A stretch of 64,000 nucleotides of DNA from Octopus vulgaris (lineage: Eukaryota), in contig OX597832.1 of NCBI GenBank assembly GCA_951406725.2, forward strand, positions 35,154,001 through 35,218,000, given 5' to 3'. Every line of letters starts with the position of its first letter. Positions within the stretch are counted from its first letter, which is position 1. Made by a program: the position numbers and the translations under genes. Shown piece after piece: positions 12,325-25,386 of this stretch. Under the pieces are notes generated by a model. It was not told the DNA's origin and did no database searches. It saw only the letters and a program-made list of their open reading frames with translations.

Positions 12325-14013
12325 TATTTCATGAAATTGGCCATGAAAGCTGTACATAGAGGGGACAGTGCAAGGTGAGGGGGTAAAAAAAACAAAAAAC
12401 AAACGAATGGAAAAGATGAATTGGATAAAATGAAGAATGAAATGCAGCTGTTTGGCCCCACTTCCGACCAACTTCATTGAACCTGTTAATACAACTTTTT
12501 TTTGGGAACGCTAATTTACAATTATTTACACCCCAATTTGCAACAGTTAATCTCCATTTTTTCACAGAATGTCTATGTTATACTTTTTTAATATATCAAA
12601 ATATCCTACCCATTCAGGCATTGTGCTGGTGTCTATTTTCTTGACCCACCATTCACGGTCAAAATTTTCCACATAATCATGTAATCTGAACAGGTACTCT
12701 TCTGGGTCTGCCAACGTGCAGTGAATGTTCTCGAGCAGACCTCTTACTCCCGTTACATCCACTTTAATCACTCCGTTCCACGAGTCTACCTCATTGTAAA
12801 GTTCTTCATTTTATCCATTGTACATTATCACATATATTTTTCCTTACAGAGCAGGTAAGTTTGAGACTCCTGTGTGTTTGCACTTGTTTCTATGTCAGAG
12901 CATGGGGAGGGTTGGGGTAGAGTGGGTGTGGGTCACCCGTTACCACATGTCTTCTCTTTCTCCTTTTCCTTCTCTTTTTTCCACCATTTCCCAGCTGGTG
13001 TTCGCCTCCTCTTCCTCGATGCTGGTACTTGTTTTTGTTTGTGATGCCACATCACTTTGCTTTTCCTGAACATCTACGGGCAGTGGAGTACCAACCACTT
13101 TTTCACTCTTTTGTTTCTCCTTAGCCTTTTCTAGTGTTGGAAGACTATCTGCTCTAATGTGACCTTCTAGGCCACATTTATAGCACCATGGAATCCTCCC
13201 TTCTACTCTGACTTTTATTGTTGCCTCTCCGACCATGATAGTCTCAACCATCTTTTCATTGTCCTTGCCAGTTCCTCTGGGGTGTTCTGGTGGCCTGGAG
13301 GACCACCACTCTCTCCTCCATGCCTAGTAGTATGGCAGCCACCAGCCAGGCTACATCTACTTCTGGGAGTATTTCCTCCACTCTAACCTAGGAAGCATGC
13401 CTTCCAAGGTATACGGGTAGAAGTACCACTTTGTCCGTTCTCAGTGGTGTAGCTGAATGCAGCCTGGTGGTAGCCAACTTCCAGAACTGCACTTACACCA
13501 TTCCAAACTTTTTTCCTCTGGCAAGGTAGGAAATCCCTTGCCAGATTGGTCAAAGTGCCTTTTCCACTTGCACTGTTGACATATAACTTCAATTCTCTTT
13601 GCTGCTACAGAGTATGTCCTGTAGATCATAGTTTTTTCCCCTTTTCTCCTTTAAAACTTCTTTGTGGGGAGGGGGAACACTTTCACTTAGTTCCCCCTCT
13701 CTTTTAATCATGGTTTTAAATTGACTCAAATCCTCTAGACTCACATCTTCACTCTTTTCTTCCGCCACTGTAGCATAACTTTTTGCTTCCATTTTCTCAT
13801 CTATTCTTTTTAAACGCTCCACCATCTCTTCCTCAGACGACACAAAGTCCGAAGAAGGGCAGTTTATGAAGTCTGATCAATTCAGGCTTTCACAGCTTGT
13901 CACCTGACGCCCCTCCATTAAACAAGAGGGAAAACGTTGCACCGCCAAGACAACCAAAAGACACATGTGTTATTCACAAAGACCACAGTCGAACTTAACA
14001 AAACGCTATACCA
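12325..14013 (-). mobile_element. ORF1-only (HAL1-like) non-LTR element with gag-type zinc knuckle
   Basis: Bounded by TSD gaagca(a/g)gcttctt (12311-12324, 14014-14027), with AATAAA at the 3' end. A decayed ORF from ATG 13918 to ~12562 contains WCYKCGLEGHIRAD; no RT or endonuclease motifs seen. Confidence 0.7.
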
Positions 14014-14229
14014 GAAGCAGGCTTCTTACCACACAGCCATGCTTGCATCTGATATTTAATATTTTTTTTTTTTTGTTGCATTTTTGATCTTTCTGGTGTC
14101 TAGGGTTGGATATTGATCTGTATGGGTTTATTTTCTGAAGAATTGAAGCAGAAAAGTTTAATCCTGTCTTGTGTTACTCATTTTACTCCAGCCACATTTG
14201 TCTTTTGAGAATGGCAATAACTTCCTGAA

Positions 14230-14790
14230 ATAGCGATCAGATTATGTTATAATGCTTTTAAGGCATATAGGGAAGCCTCCACTCTCACAGGCATACTTTC
14301 AATCAGATGGTGGAAGGTTTCCTGTGGAAAAGCAGCTCACTCTTTGCAGAGTGCTGGAATGAACAAGGGTATCAATGTGGGTCAGTGTGGTTGAGCATGA
14401 AGTTGGCATTCCAAAACATTCCAGAAATATTCTATGAAATTTAAATCGGGACCCTGCACAGGCCAGTTCATTAGCAGGATGTTGGTGTCATCAAACCACT
14501 TCCCTACAACCCCTGCAGTATGGATGGGTGCTCAGTTGTGTTGAAAGACACAAAGGTCATCCTCGAACTGGTCTTTGATGGTAGGCAGCATGAAAGTACT
14601 TAAAATGTCAGCATAGACTTGTGCCGAGTAAAGGAGACTCACAGCTACATTATGACCCCATCACCGCCAAATTTCACAGTCAGCACTATACAGGCTGGTG
14701 CTCATCGTTCACCAGGCATTCGCAACACCCACACCCTACCATCAGATAGCTTCATTGTGTACTATGATTCATCACTCCACACAACGGTTT
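14230..14790 (-). mobile_element. Tc1 transposase remnant
   Basis: Minus strand reads SDGRVWVLRMPGE..TVKFGGDGVIM, VFQHN.APIH and WPVQGPDLNFIEYFWNVLE. Confidence 0.8.
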
Positions 14791-15199
14791 TCTGGAACAA
14801 GTGAATAACAAAATTAAATTCAGGTTGGAAAATTACAGCAATATACCAAATTTGAAAATTTTCACTTAAAGGTGGTGCTCCAGCATGGCCTCAGTCAAAT
14901 GACTGAAACAAGTAAAAGAGTAATTTTAAAATTTCAAAAACTGTGGCAGCAACAGAAAAGATCCATAAGATTCTCTGTCTAATAAAATAATGCAAAATAC
15001 ATGGTTGAAATGGCATGTTTTACTTGTTTCATTCATTAGATTGTGACAGTGCTGGGGCCACTGCCTTGAAGGGTTTTTAGTCAAACAAATGGACCCCAGT
15101 ACTTATTTTCATTTTAAGCCTGTTATTTTATTATGAACAGGAATTAATCATCTCCCTTTATTTCTTCACTCCTTATGGCCTTAAATTTGCCACCTTTCT

Positions 15200-15800
15200 T
15201 CATCTAACACCAACCCCACACAGATTCCCATACACCTCCCACCTTCAGCTGTCCCTCCCCTCCACCACTACATCTGTACACCCCCAATTCAGTACCCTCA
15301 CCACCCACACCACTATACAAACACCCATACACACTGTTCAACTCAGTACTCACATCACACACCATTATGCACACACACACCACTATACAAACACTCCTAC
15401 ATACTGTTCAACTCGGTACACACACCATACATCGTTATGCACACACTAGTACCCAAAACCTGCCAACCCCTAACTCTCATCACCCCTGTCACACCTCTCA
15501 ATCCGTGACTCTTGCCACCCCATCTCACCTCACACCTCCATACATTCCCCCCATAACACAATATTCTCATCAAAAAGTACATGCAATGCACATGAACACA
15601 GATGCACACATGCAACACACAAATACATACAACTTTTGCACACAAACACAATACACATGCACACACATACACAAGCGTTTGCATATGCATACACACACAC
15701 AATACACATGCACACATATACACATGTCCATATGCACACACATACACGAACTGCACATCACTCCACATACACGTACACACACAAATGGCACCAACACAGG
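15200..15800. repeat. CA-rich low-complexity region
   Basis: Degenerate (CA)n; generates spurious His/Thr- and Cys/Val-rich ORFs. Confidence 0.85.
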
Positions 15801-16769
15801 TGCTTTTTTGTTACACCAGCATGAGTGCATTTTGCATTGCACTGGTGCATATAAATTTATTTTTTCAAACATTTGTACATTTTCAATAAGAGCTTACAAT
15901 TAGGGGTTCTTTCCCCTCCCCTAACTACATGCCAAAAAGCCCTAACTTTTCAAAATTTTAATTTTCATTCCTTTCTCCACCACGATTTTTCTTTTTTTCA
16001 TTCATGAAAATTTTTTACGAATTACATGTTTTAGTGATGCATCAGTTGAGGAACACACAGATGTGGTGTAGTGTTGACAGGCTAGAAGCTGGATTATTTG
16101 GTCTGGCTGTGTGCTGCTCCCAAATAAAACTATTCGCAATATTTTTGTTTTATTAACATTTACAGATTGATGTTACAATTGTTAAGCTGCTATGCTGAAT
16201 ACCAGAAGCTATTGTTTGAAAATGTGTGCATGACAAGAGAGAACGTGTTCATGCTTGGCAAGAGGTTGGGGTGGCATAGCTGCTGACTAACCAAGAAAGC
16301 CTCTTCTCCAATGTATTTACTGCACATCATAATTTATAGACATGATTTGGTGTGAATCTACATGGAATTTTCCATTAATCTCAACACTACACAACTGTGC
16401 CAGAACAATGATTGGCTGAAACATGGATCAAGATTACCTAATAAGGACAGTCATTGCCAAATATGGAAACTTGATATGCTCTGGCCTTTTCTTGTTATTG
16501 AACTGACAGAATTTCAAATGCTGAGTGCTGCTACAGTGGGACTGAAAATTTAAGGAAATGAAGCTAGGAATGTTCTAAAACAGATTTGCCCATCCAGAGT
16601 AAGTGAGATGGATAAGTAAATGCTTAAGATAGATTTCTGTTTTCATAGTTGCTCTGAAAGTGTAGCAGCTAGAGTATGAACTGAGTGGAGAAAGTTCAGA
16701 GAGCTGCTCTCACTGTTGAAAACAAAGATCTTTTCCCTAAGAGTGAAGGGCAGATTGTATGATGGGAAG

Positions 16770-16875
16770 AAAGACAAAGTCAACCTTGCTGGAATTTGAA
16801 CTCAGAATGTGAAGATGAACGAAATGCTACTAAGCATTTTGCCCAGTATGCTAACGATTCTGCCAGCTTACCATC
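16770..16875 (-). mobile_element. tRNA-SINE 5' fragment (same family as 25155)
   Basis: Reverse complement matches the head of the 25155 SINE. Confidence 0.7.
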
Positions 16876-18137
16876 CTATATACCTATATAGGAGTTTAGA
16901 TTACAAGAGATTAATAAAAGATTGGTTGAGGAATATTCATACTGGTTGTAATATATGCTGGTATTCTCCTGGAGCATAGTTGTAAGCTAAGTCTATATTA
17001 TTGATATTAGCTCATTAAGTTAAGGTAGATGTGCACATCTTCCTTCTCATGTAGTTTTGGTTTCTACCTGTGATGACCTGCCTTTAATCTGCTGTCTAAT
17101 GTCAATAATTCAGACTTACCTTATAATTGTACTTTTATCCTATTACTAGCAATGCATCCTGGCATTGCCCTGGTGTTATGACCTCCAGCCACATTGTATT
17201 ATTTGCTCCTTTCCTATGGGCAGAATCGGCACCACTGATATATCCTGACATGCTAGAAACAGCAGGTAAACAACATTATTTCTGAGGAAACCTTGCTTTC
17301 CAAAAAGCTAAAAGTGAAACATTGGAAGTATGTAGGTTTTTGAAAGTGGTGAGGTGATGGGTAAAATTCTTAAAGATTTGTACTCACTGTTTTTTCTCCA
17401 TGGTTTACCAAGAAAAAATATTTGAAAAGAAGTCAAAAATGAATTTGGTGTGGAGAAGGAGATAATTAAAATATTGAGAATGTGTTTGGTGGGTGAAATC
17501 CTAATGCCCCGTATCGCAAACATAGTAATAGGAAGAAATTTAGGGAAAAAATAAGGTGAGGGAGCGTAAATGTCACCTTGGACATGCTAGAAAGAAGAGG
17601 TAAAGGACAGGATTTCTGGAAAAACTTTCTTTTAAGCTTATATTGAAGATCAGGTTTTTAAATACGCTCATCACAAACAAATTACACGATAGAAAAAAAC
17701 CATTTCAATTGGATGTGAGCTTTAAATTTGCTTGTGCACACTGCAAAAAATAACATAATTCGCACAGAAGTTTTACCTAGAGTGTGTGTGTGTCAAAGGA
17801 AGTTATTTTATGGCATTCTTCCATTTGAAGAAGCAAAGTTATCGACTCAACATATATGAGATCATATGATTGTTTGTTAATTTCCATAAAATTCTTTTAA
17901 TTTCTTTATACTTTGAAGAGAGGATAAAGTGAAAAAGCGACATTTGCTTTCAAGTGAGAGGAGAAAGTGAAGGATGTATGTGTATATAAAATGTATGTGT
18001 ATGTGTGTGAGAGAGAGAGAGTGAGAGAGTGAAGGTGTGTGTTGTGATGTTTGAATTTTTTTTGCATGTATGTATAAGTGTCACTCACTCTCTCTTTCTC
18101 ACACACACATTGTTTTACATATACGTGTACATAAATA

Positions 18138-18222
18138 GGCGGAGGTAAAGAATATGTACACCACCCGTTTTCAGCGTAACTCTAACCCTAAACACTGGAT
18201 GTGCGTATTCTTTACCTTCGCC
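18138..18222. mobile_element. 85-bp MITE (GG...CC, ~23-bp TIRs, 8-bp TSD; Merlin-like)
   Basis: ggcggaggtaaagaatatgtaca / tgtgcgtattctttaccttcgcc; TSD cataaata (18130-18137, 18223-18230). Confidence 0.8.
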
Positions 18223-19246
18223 CATAAATACATATGCATACATCTTTTTTGTGCATGAGAGGGAGAGAGAGAGAGAGTAACTGTATTTCCTCATAACATA
18301 TAGAGAAATGTATGTCTTTTAATGCAATTTTTTTGGTTGTGGCTTATTTTAATATAATATTTATGTGTACATTTTCATAAATGTTTGTCTGAAAATAACC
18401 TCAAAATTGTGTGACCTGCGTAGCTGCCGGGGTTATTTTAGTTGTAAAAAAGAGTTGTTGAGTGAAAAACAGTTTATTTGGTAGATAGATAATAAGCCTC
18501 AAAGTTGTCAACAAACTGTCATCCGGATCAGCTGTTTTGTTCTGTAAAAAACATTTATTTATTTACTTTTGCGTTAAAGTGAAAGAGAGGGGAAAGTGAA
18601 AGATGTATGAATATGTATATGAAATGGACATGTGTATATGTGTATGTGTGTGTGTGTGTGTGAGAGAGAGAGTGAGTTTCACTTACACATACATGAGAAC
18701 ACGCACATTCACTCACTCACTCTCTCTCTCTCACACACACATGTACATGCATAAAAGACGTATGTAAACATGACAATACACTCCTTCAGTCACTCTCTTT
18801 CTCCCTTCCTGTCTCTCTCTCTCTCTCTTTCTCCCTTCCTGTCTCTCTCTCTCTCTTTCTCCCTTCCTGTCTCTTTCTCCCTTCTCTCTGTCTCTCTCTC
18901 ACACACATACATGCATCTTTTATTTTCTCCTTTCTTTCACTTTAAAACAAAAATTAATTAAATAAAAATTTTTTACAGATATTAATGAACGCAGATGACA
19001 GCTCTACAAGTCAAAGCAAAAGGTCGCCTGAGCAACTTTATTATAATACAGATGTCATTAATTTGGAGAAACATTACTTTCTTTATTCACACATCGTCAG
19101 TCTCGTAATTGAACACTGTAATTTGGGTTGAAATTAAAAGTGTGAAACTATTTTCACTTTCTAATGAAACCTACTTGTTTGTAACTTTCAATATCAGTGC
19201 ATTTCACTGTTGGGTGGGCGAGTGATGGAGAAAGTCACATACATAT

Positions 19247-19571
19247 CTCTCTCTTCACTCCGTCGATTATGACGCCGAGGGTTCCGGTTGATCCGAATCA
19301 ACGGAACAGCCTGCTCGTGAAATTAATGTGTAAGTGGCTGAGCACTCCACAGACACGTGTACCCTTAACGTAGTTCTCGGGGATATTCAGCGTGACACAG
19401 AGAGTGACAAGGCTGGCCCTTTGAAATACAGGTACAACAGAAACAGGAAGTAAGAGTGAGAGAAAGTTGTGGTGAAAGAGTACAGCAGGGATCACCACCA
19501 TCCCCTGCCAGAGCCTCGTGGAGCTTTAGGTGTTTTCGCTCAATAAACACTCACAACGCCCGGTCTGGGAA
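19247..19571 (-). mobile_element. SINE, 5'-truncated, with TSD
   Basis: 12-bp TSD tcacatacatat (19235-19246, 19572-19583); truncated at a B-box-like gattccc; (GA)n-like tail; gtggagtgctcagccactt core resembles Nin/Deu-type SINE domains. Confidence 0.7.
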
Positions 19572-20061
19572 TCACATACATATACTGGATCTTTTCAATT
19601 CTGAAGCCAGTTTTTTCAAATTTTGAAAAGATCCCATATACTTACTAAGACACACCCAGACATACATTAACACACACCTCAAGCCTATCTCTGTCCCTGT
19701 GTGTGCCTGTCTGTATCTTTTGATGTGTGTGTGTGTGTGTGTCAGTCGTCACAAAAATATACTGACAGACACAAACACTGTCACACACATATACTTGTCA
19801 GTCATTGGCCTAATATATGTAAAGAGTGCTCGAACACACACACTGAAAACGTTGCATCATCATCACATTTGTCATTTACGATAGGTGACTAAAAGAAAAA
19901 TGATAATCTTAAATTTTTGTAATGCAAATAAGTGAATGAAAATGTAGTTTAGTTGGTAGCCAAAAGTTTACTGAATCTTTTGATACCCCATACGTGAAAA
20001 ATGGCAACTCGGTTTTGGAATGCAGCAGGAACATATGCACACACACACAAACAAACTCTTT

Positions 20062-20099
<38 letters not shown>

Positions 20100-20213
20100 A
20101 TATATATAATATATATAGATAATGATCAACCATGTGTGTAACAACATAAGAAGTAGACCTCAATATCATTAGAATAGAGGAATATACTTAATATATTATA
20201 CAATGATAGAACA

Positions 20214-20259
20214 TTCACATATGGTACTCAGAGTTTCCCCAGCAAGCTACATATGTGAA
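20214..20259 (-). ncRNA. Degenerate hammerhead-like remnant lacking CUGANGA
   Basis: Minus strand: ttcacatatg..ggg GAAA ctctgag TA ccatatgtgaa. Stem I arms, GAAA, stem III and a GUA site are present; the 5' core is missing. Lies ~100 bp from (TA)n. Confidence 0.35.
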
Positions 20260-21129
20260 ATTATTTGAATTCTAACACAACAGCTGATGAATGGTGGGCA
20301 TGTGCATAAATTACAAATCAGGAATTGGATTACTTTACATCCATGGCTTGCCAGAAAACATCAAGTATTGTATGTTAACGCTCTGAATGCTCTAAGTTTG
20401 TGTATGTGTGTGTGTGTGTGTGTTATGTGTTTCATATTATATCAGGTCACTCTTAGTACTACTGGTAATATGTAACCTAATATAACTTGTTGTTTGGTTG
20501 GGCTGTTGGCAACTAAACTGGCAACCCTTGCTTGGTAAGGATAGTGGGTTTTTGTTGGATATACTGCAGGAAAAAAAATACAAAACCTGACAAACCTGTG
20601 ATCACCATGAAAGGTTATTGGTGATAGTAAAACATAGTAAATATTGGAACACAAGGAAAGAAAAATGAAGAACTTAATTTTTGATTGAAAGCTAAAAAAT
20701 ATTATTTATTAGGAATAGAAGACATTTAACTATATAATGTACAAATATTCTCAAAAAATTATGATTTGCTGAATAAAATAAACTTTAAATCTATGGCTAA
20801 TAAGAGAAAATAAACAATTACTAGAAAATCAGAAAATGCAAAATACTTTAGTAGTTCTTTACAGTAATACTTTCTTATATAAGGAAGCTGATAGCAACAG
20901 AGAAATGAGAATGTTAGGTATTCATTGGTCTTGCAAGGCATTAATGTTGTGAATAAAGTTCTAATTAGGAAAAGAAATGTAGTTGGAAATTTGTTTTTCT
21001 AAGACTTTGGGGAAATATTTATGAAAAATATATAATTCATGTATATGTTCTTAAAGAAATAAAGAAATAAAGCAACTGTTGCAAGAGAAAATGTAGTTAT
21101 ATTTTGATTTGGTTTTCTTACTATTCCAG

Positions 21130-21213
21130 TGATTTCTCCAGGCCACCTGAACTTGTCAGCTGCTCTGAAGAATTTAATAAAAAAGAAAACAACTTTTTGA
21201 AAGGGTGTAAATG
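21130..21213 (+). CDS. WRAP53: WRAP53/TCAB1 exon (DFSRPPELVSCSEEFNKKENNFLKGCKW)
   Basis: ccag| ... |gtaag; NFLKGCKW is the conserved start of the TCAB1 WD40 region. Confidence 0.93.
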
Positions 21214-22669
21214 GTAAGATTTGATTTTTTTAATTCAAATTTTTATGTTATTTATATTCATAGTCTAATGTTTTACTTGATTTACAATTAATATTATCAT
21301 CAAATTACATCTGCTTTCAGTGCTGGTATGGGCTGGGTGGTTTATCACAGTATAAGGCACTTATTTGGAGTCTGCCCCTAGTGAAGTTGCATTATGTTCC
21401 ACAAGACATAAGGGTCTATGTTTTTTGCATTCGTTAAGGTAATCTGACTGAATGAATACAAAAGAGGGTAATTGCAAAAGAACTAGTGTGAGAGGGATGA
21501 AGAAGCAAGAGTATGTGGGGAAATAGCGAATGAGGTGAGAGTGTGAAAGAAAGTGGAATGACAATGCTAGAAGGAATAATAAGCAGAGGTAGCAATGGCA
21601 GGGTGTAATGGGAGAGATATACTAAAAGAAACTGAATGTTTGATGGTAAGAAAGATGAAGGATGAGTGATGGATGTCAATAATGAGTGGCCTGGAGGAGA
21701 GGTGGTGATGGTTAGCAGCTCAGGATGATAATGTCAACTGGTATGAGAGAGCACTACTGAATAGTAGCTATGGAGATGGGTGAAGGATGTTAATGAGTGA
21801 CTGAGAGAAGAGGGAATTATGGCTAGAAGTACAGGAAGGTTAATGGAGGGGCATATTAGGTAACAACAGATCTGATGTATTCCTCCTTAGGCATCATGAT
21901 TGGTGGCAAAGAAGGATAGCGGGATACAAATGGTAATAGGTACAAAATAGGTAAAAGGCTCAGATGTAGACATATATATTCTAGTCCCCATCATTACTAC
22001 CATTTAGTGTATGTTTCACCATGCTTGCAAAAGTGGTGGAGCATGTAGCCATTTTCAAATAGTAGCGCCAATTTGTGGTAGCTGGCAATATGATGTAATG
22101 TCGTATTGCAGAAGAAATATGATTGTTGTTTTCCCATTGGTTGAAATAACTGCTCAGATAGGAATTCTAAAAATTAGTTAAAGAATATTTTTATGTGATT
22201 TCGATTCTTTAAAGTCAAGTTGAGCAGTTATAAAAACCCTGGGTTTTGGGAAAAACGTTAATGTTTGTGGGATGTAACTAAACTCCACGACACTCACTCC
22301 TTTGAGACATTGGTTATTTTTTCATGCCATGTCTATGAAAAATCCAGCAAGACTTGTTTGAATGAGGAATTAGTTAACTAAAATATTAAGTCGTAATTCT
22401 CTACGACAAAATTACTTTACTTCAAATTATACTATAAATATTAAAAATGCTATATGTACATAATAAAATAATGTAGAAATTATTAGGGTGTGGGTATTGG
22501 GGGTGGGGGTGCTGTGAGCAGGGCAGTGAGGGCAAGAAAGAGGATAGGAAATGTGAGGAAGAGGAAGATACAGTTTAGAAGAAGAGTTGTAGTTTGGTTT
22601 CTTAGGGTAGAGTGGGTGAAAAGTGTGTTGTGACATGTGGGTGAGGCACAACTCTTCTAGCACTCAGTT

Positions 22670-23470
22670 TTATGGACCAGTCTTCTCTAGAACCTCATAT
22701 CACCAAACATTTCGGTCCATTTTCATTTCCTCTGTGAGCCCCAACATCTTAAGATCGGTCCTCACCACTTCATCCCATGTCTTCCTGGGTCTCCCTCTTC
22801 CACAGGTACCATCCACTTTCAGTCACAGGCACTTCTGTATACAGCTGTCTTCACTCCTACACACCATATATCCAAACCACCACATTCTCTTCTCCTGCAG
22901 ACCACATTTAATCCTTCTTATGCCCAACTTTTCATGCAACACAGTTGTGCTCTGTCAGTCATGCACACTGATGTTGCAGATCCAACAGAACATACTACTT
23001 TCATTCCTCTCCAGTCTATACATGTCCTCCACAGTCAGAGACCATGTCTCACTACCATGTAACATAGCTATTCTCACACAAGCATCATACAATCTGCTTT
23101 TCACTCTGAGAGAGAATCCTTTTACTGCCAACAGAAGTGGTAGTTCTCTGAACTTCCTCCATCCTATTCTTATTCTAGAAACAATACTTTCAGAGCATCC
23201 ACAACCATTACTAATTTAGTCACCTAAATAGCAGAAACTATCTACTACCTCAAGAGAGCCTCCTGGGCATTTTTGAGAGTCTAAGTCCCTTGTGCTCTTA
23301 GTACTTATTGTTCCTGCACATCTGTGACACACGAAAGCAACCTTATCTGATAACTTGCCCATGATTCCACCACATCTCATGCATCCATGGCTTATCATTA
23401 GTGCAGCAAATGGAATTACTTCACACTCCTTTCCTACATATTGAAGAAAGGATACTGGTCTAAGAGAAAA
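22670..23470 (-). mobile_element. RTE LINE fragment
   Basis: GSLEVVDSFCYLGD and the downstream C-terminal region are homologous to the other RTE copies. Confidence 0.8.
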
Positions 23471-23689
23471 CATAAGGGAATGTAAGAGGAAGGTGAATGC
23501 AAAAGGTGGAATTTAAAAAATTGGAATGAGAAAACTGAAGATAAATGAAAAGGAAAAAGAAAGACAGGAAAGAAAACTAAGAGTTTTGTCCCCTTTCTCT
23601 ATTAAAATCATAATTTGTATAGCAAGAATGGAATGATTCAACAGGGAGAGGCCAAAGTCTGTGAGACAGCGTGCTTAATTTGGTGCGGA

Positions 23690-24420
23690 GTGTCCTCAAG
23701 TTCAACAAAAGAAATTTGTCCATGTGTTTGCATTTGCTAAAACTTTTGGATCTGGAATTAGATAGTGGTGGAATTCTTAGATCTAAAAAGAATGTGAGAT
23801 CCTTCAGCTATATATAGCTTGCATCTCTGTGATCTATTTACATATGGTATGGATTTCTCCATGATGACCTGGGTATACACCTAATAAATTTAGAAAAGAT
23901 GTTATATGTACCTTTAGTCAATGAGGCCTCAGAATTACTGTAACCCCTAATCTGTTAAAAGCTGATTTTTAGATGTTTCCCTAGGCTTAAAGTTGTACTC
24001 TAATAAACCCTATCATAAACTGAATGAGAAACTCATGTATATATATAAACAGTCCTGTCACCCAATTTAGTGTTTAAAATCCTAATAACCAACTTCAGTA
24101 ATAGAATATCTAATCTCTCCTCTTCTAAGGAAATATTTGACAAAGCAGCCCTCTTCTACAATAATGCCCTAGCTAACAGTAACTTCAAAGATCTTACAAC
24201 CCAACAATTCAAAATATGAAACTTAAAAATTGACCTACAATATTAATGTTTCACTGCTCCCCTTTCTATTTGAATATTAAGACTAACATAGGCAAAAAAT
24301 TCCTGGAATTACCAGATAAGCATTTCCCAGTAAACTATAAATACAGGAAAATTTTTAATAGGCATTTGGTGAAAATGTCATGCAATTGCTGCCCCAATAT
24401 GAAGGACGTTTTTTTTTCTC
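23690..24420 (+). mobile_element. Penelope-like element fragment
   Basis: FHCSPFYLNIKTNIGKKFLEL.DKHFP..KIFNR..VKMS is the PLE post-RT region; the upstream part parallels 1100-1500. Confidence 0.7.
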
Positions 24421-24836
24421 ATTTCAGTTTTCTTTGCATTCACCTTCCTCTTGCCTTTTCTTGTTTTTTCAAATAAGATCAGTCATGTGTATCTGAGCCT
24501 GAAGGTTTGCTTGGAAACAGGAGGAATGATACATAAATCTGCTGAACTATTGTGTTTCTACAGCATGAAACTGTTAATAGCTCATATTTAAATAATGTGT
24601 ATATTAAATGGTATTTATCCATCACTGGATGGAGTCCTTCTTTTGTTGAACCTACTGATAACAGAACAGTAAACTATATATATATATTTATATACATATG
24701 TATAAATTTTATAGCTTTTATTTTGTTGTAAGTTCTGTGCTCTGTTTGAGTTTTTCTTTGTATGCTGTCATATAAAAGTAAAATAGTTGAAAGACTCATT
24801 AAAGATGATTTTATTGATTTTGGTTGTTAATGCCAG

Positions 24837-24945
24837 GGCTCCTGATGGATCATGTCTACTGACCAATAGTGAAGACCAATGTTTGAGGTTGTTCAATTTA
24901 CCAGAGAAGATTTATAATGGAGAAATACAAAATTTACCACCAATT
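24837..24945 (+). CDS. WRAP53: WRAP53 exon (APDGSCLLTNSEDQCLRLFNLPEKIYNGEIQNLPPI), GC donor
   Basis: ccag|G completes the Trp codon; matches TCAB1 [22 protein letters not shown]; ends ATT|GCAAGT. Confidence 0.92.
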
Positions 24946-25154
24946 GCAAGTATATCTTTCATTTCATTGTTTATCTGCTTGATATTTTCCCTTTAAAGGA
25001 AAGAAAATTTCATGCAACATTTTTTCTCTCTTTTTCATTGAATTTTATCGATTTTTAATTTTTTTATTTATTTTTTTTTTGTAGAGAGTTCATTTGGATT
25101 TCTTTTCTCATACCATTCTGATTGGATGAGCTTAGTTTATAATTCTCCATACAT

Positions 25155-25386
25155 AGGCGGCGAGCTGGTAGAAACGTTAGCATGCCGGGCGAAATTCGTA
25201 GCAGTATTTCGTCTGTCGTTACGTTCTGAGTTCAAATTCCGCCGAGGTCGACTTTGCCTTTCATTCTTTCAGGGTCGATAAATTAAGTACCAGTTACGCA
25301 CTGGGGTTGATGTAATCGACTTAATCCCTTTGTCTGTCCTTGTTTGTCCCCTCTATGTTTAGCCCATTGTGGGTAGTAAAGAAATA
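25155..25386 (+). mobile_element. Full-length tRNA-derived SINE with 17-bp TSD
   Basis: A-box-like agctggtagaa; B-box gagttcaaattcc; central gcctttcattctttcagggtcgataaattaagtaccag (Meta-domain-like); TSD tataattctccatacat. Confidence 0.9.

Noticed and set aside
15367-15903. His/Thr- and Cys/Val-rich ORFs up to 178 aa
   Set aside because: Translations of degenerate (CA)n sequence on both strands.
24486-24535. CTGAAGG..GAAAC between tgtatc/gataca arms after the PLE fragment
   Set aside because: Core, stem II and cleavage site are too degenerate to call.
25155-25240. tRNA gene
   Set aside because: A/B boxes belong to a SINE head with body, tail and TSD; no complete cloverleaf.
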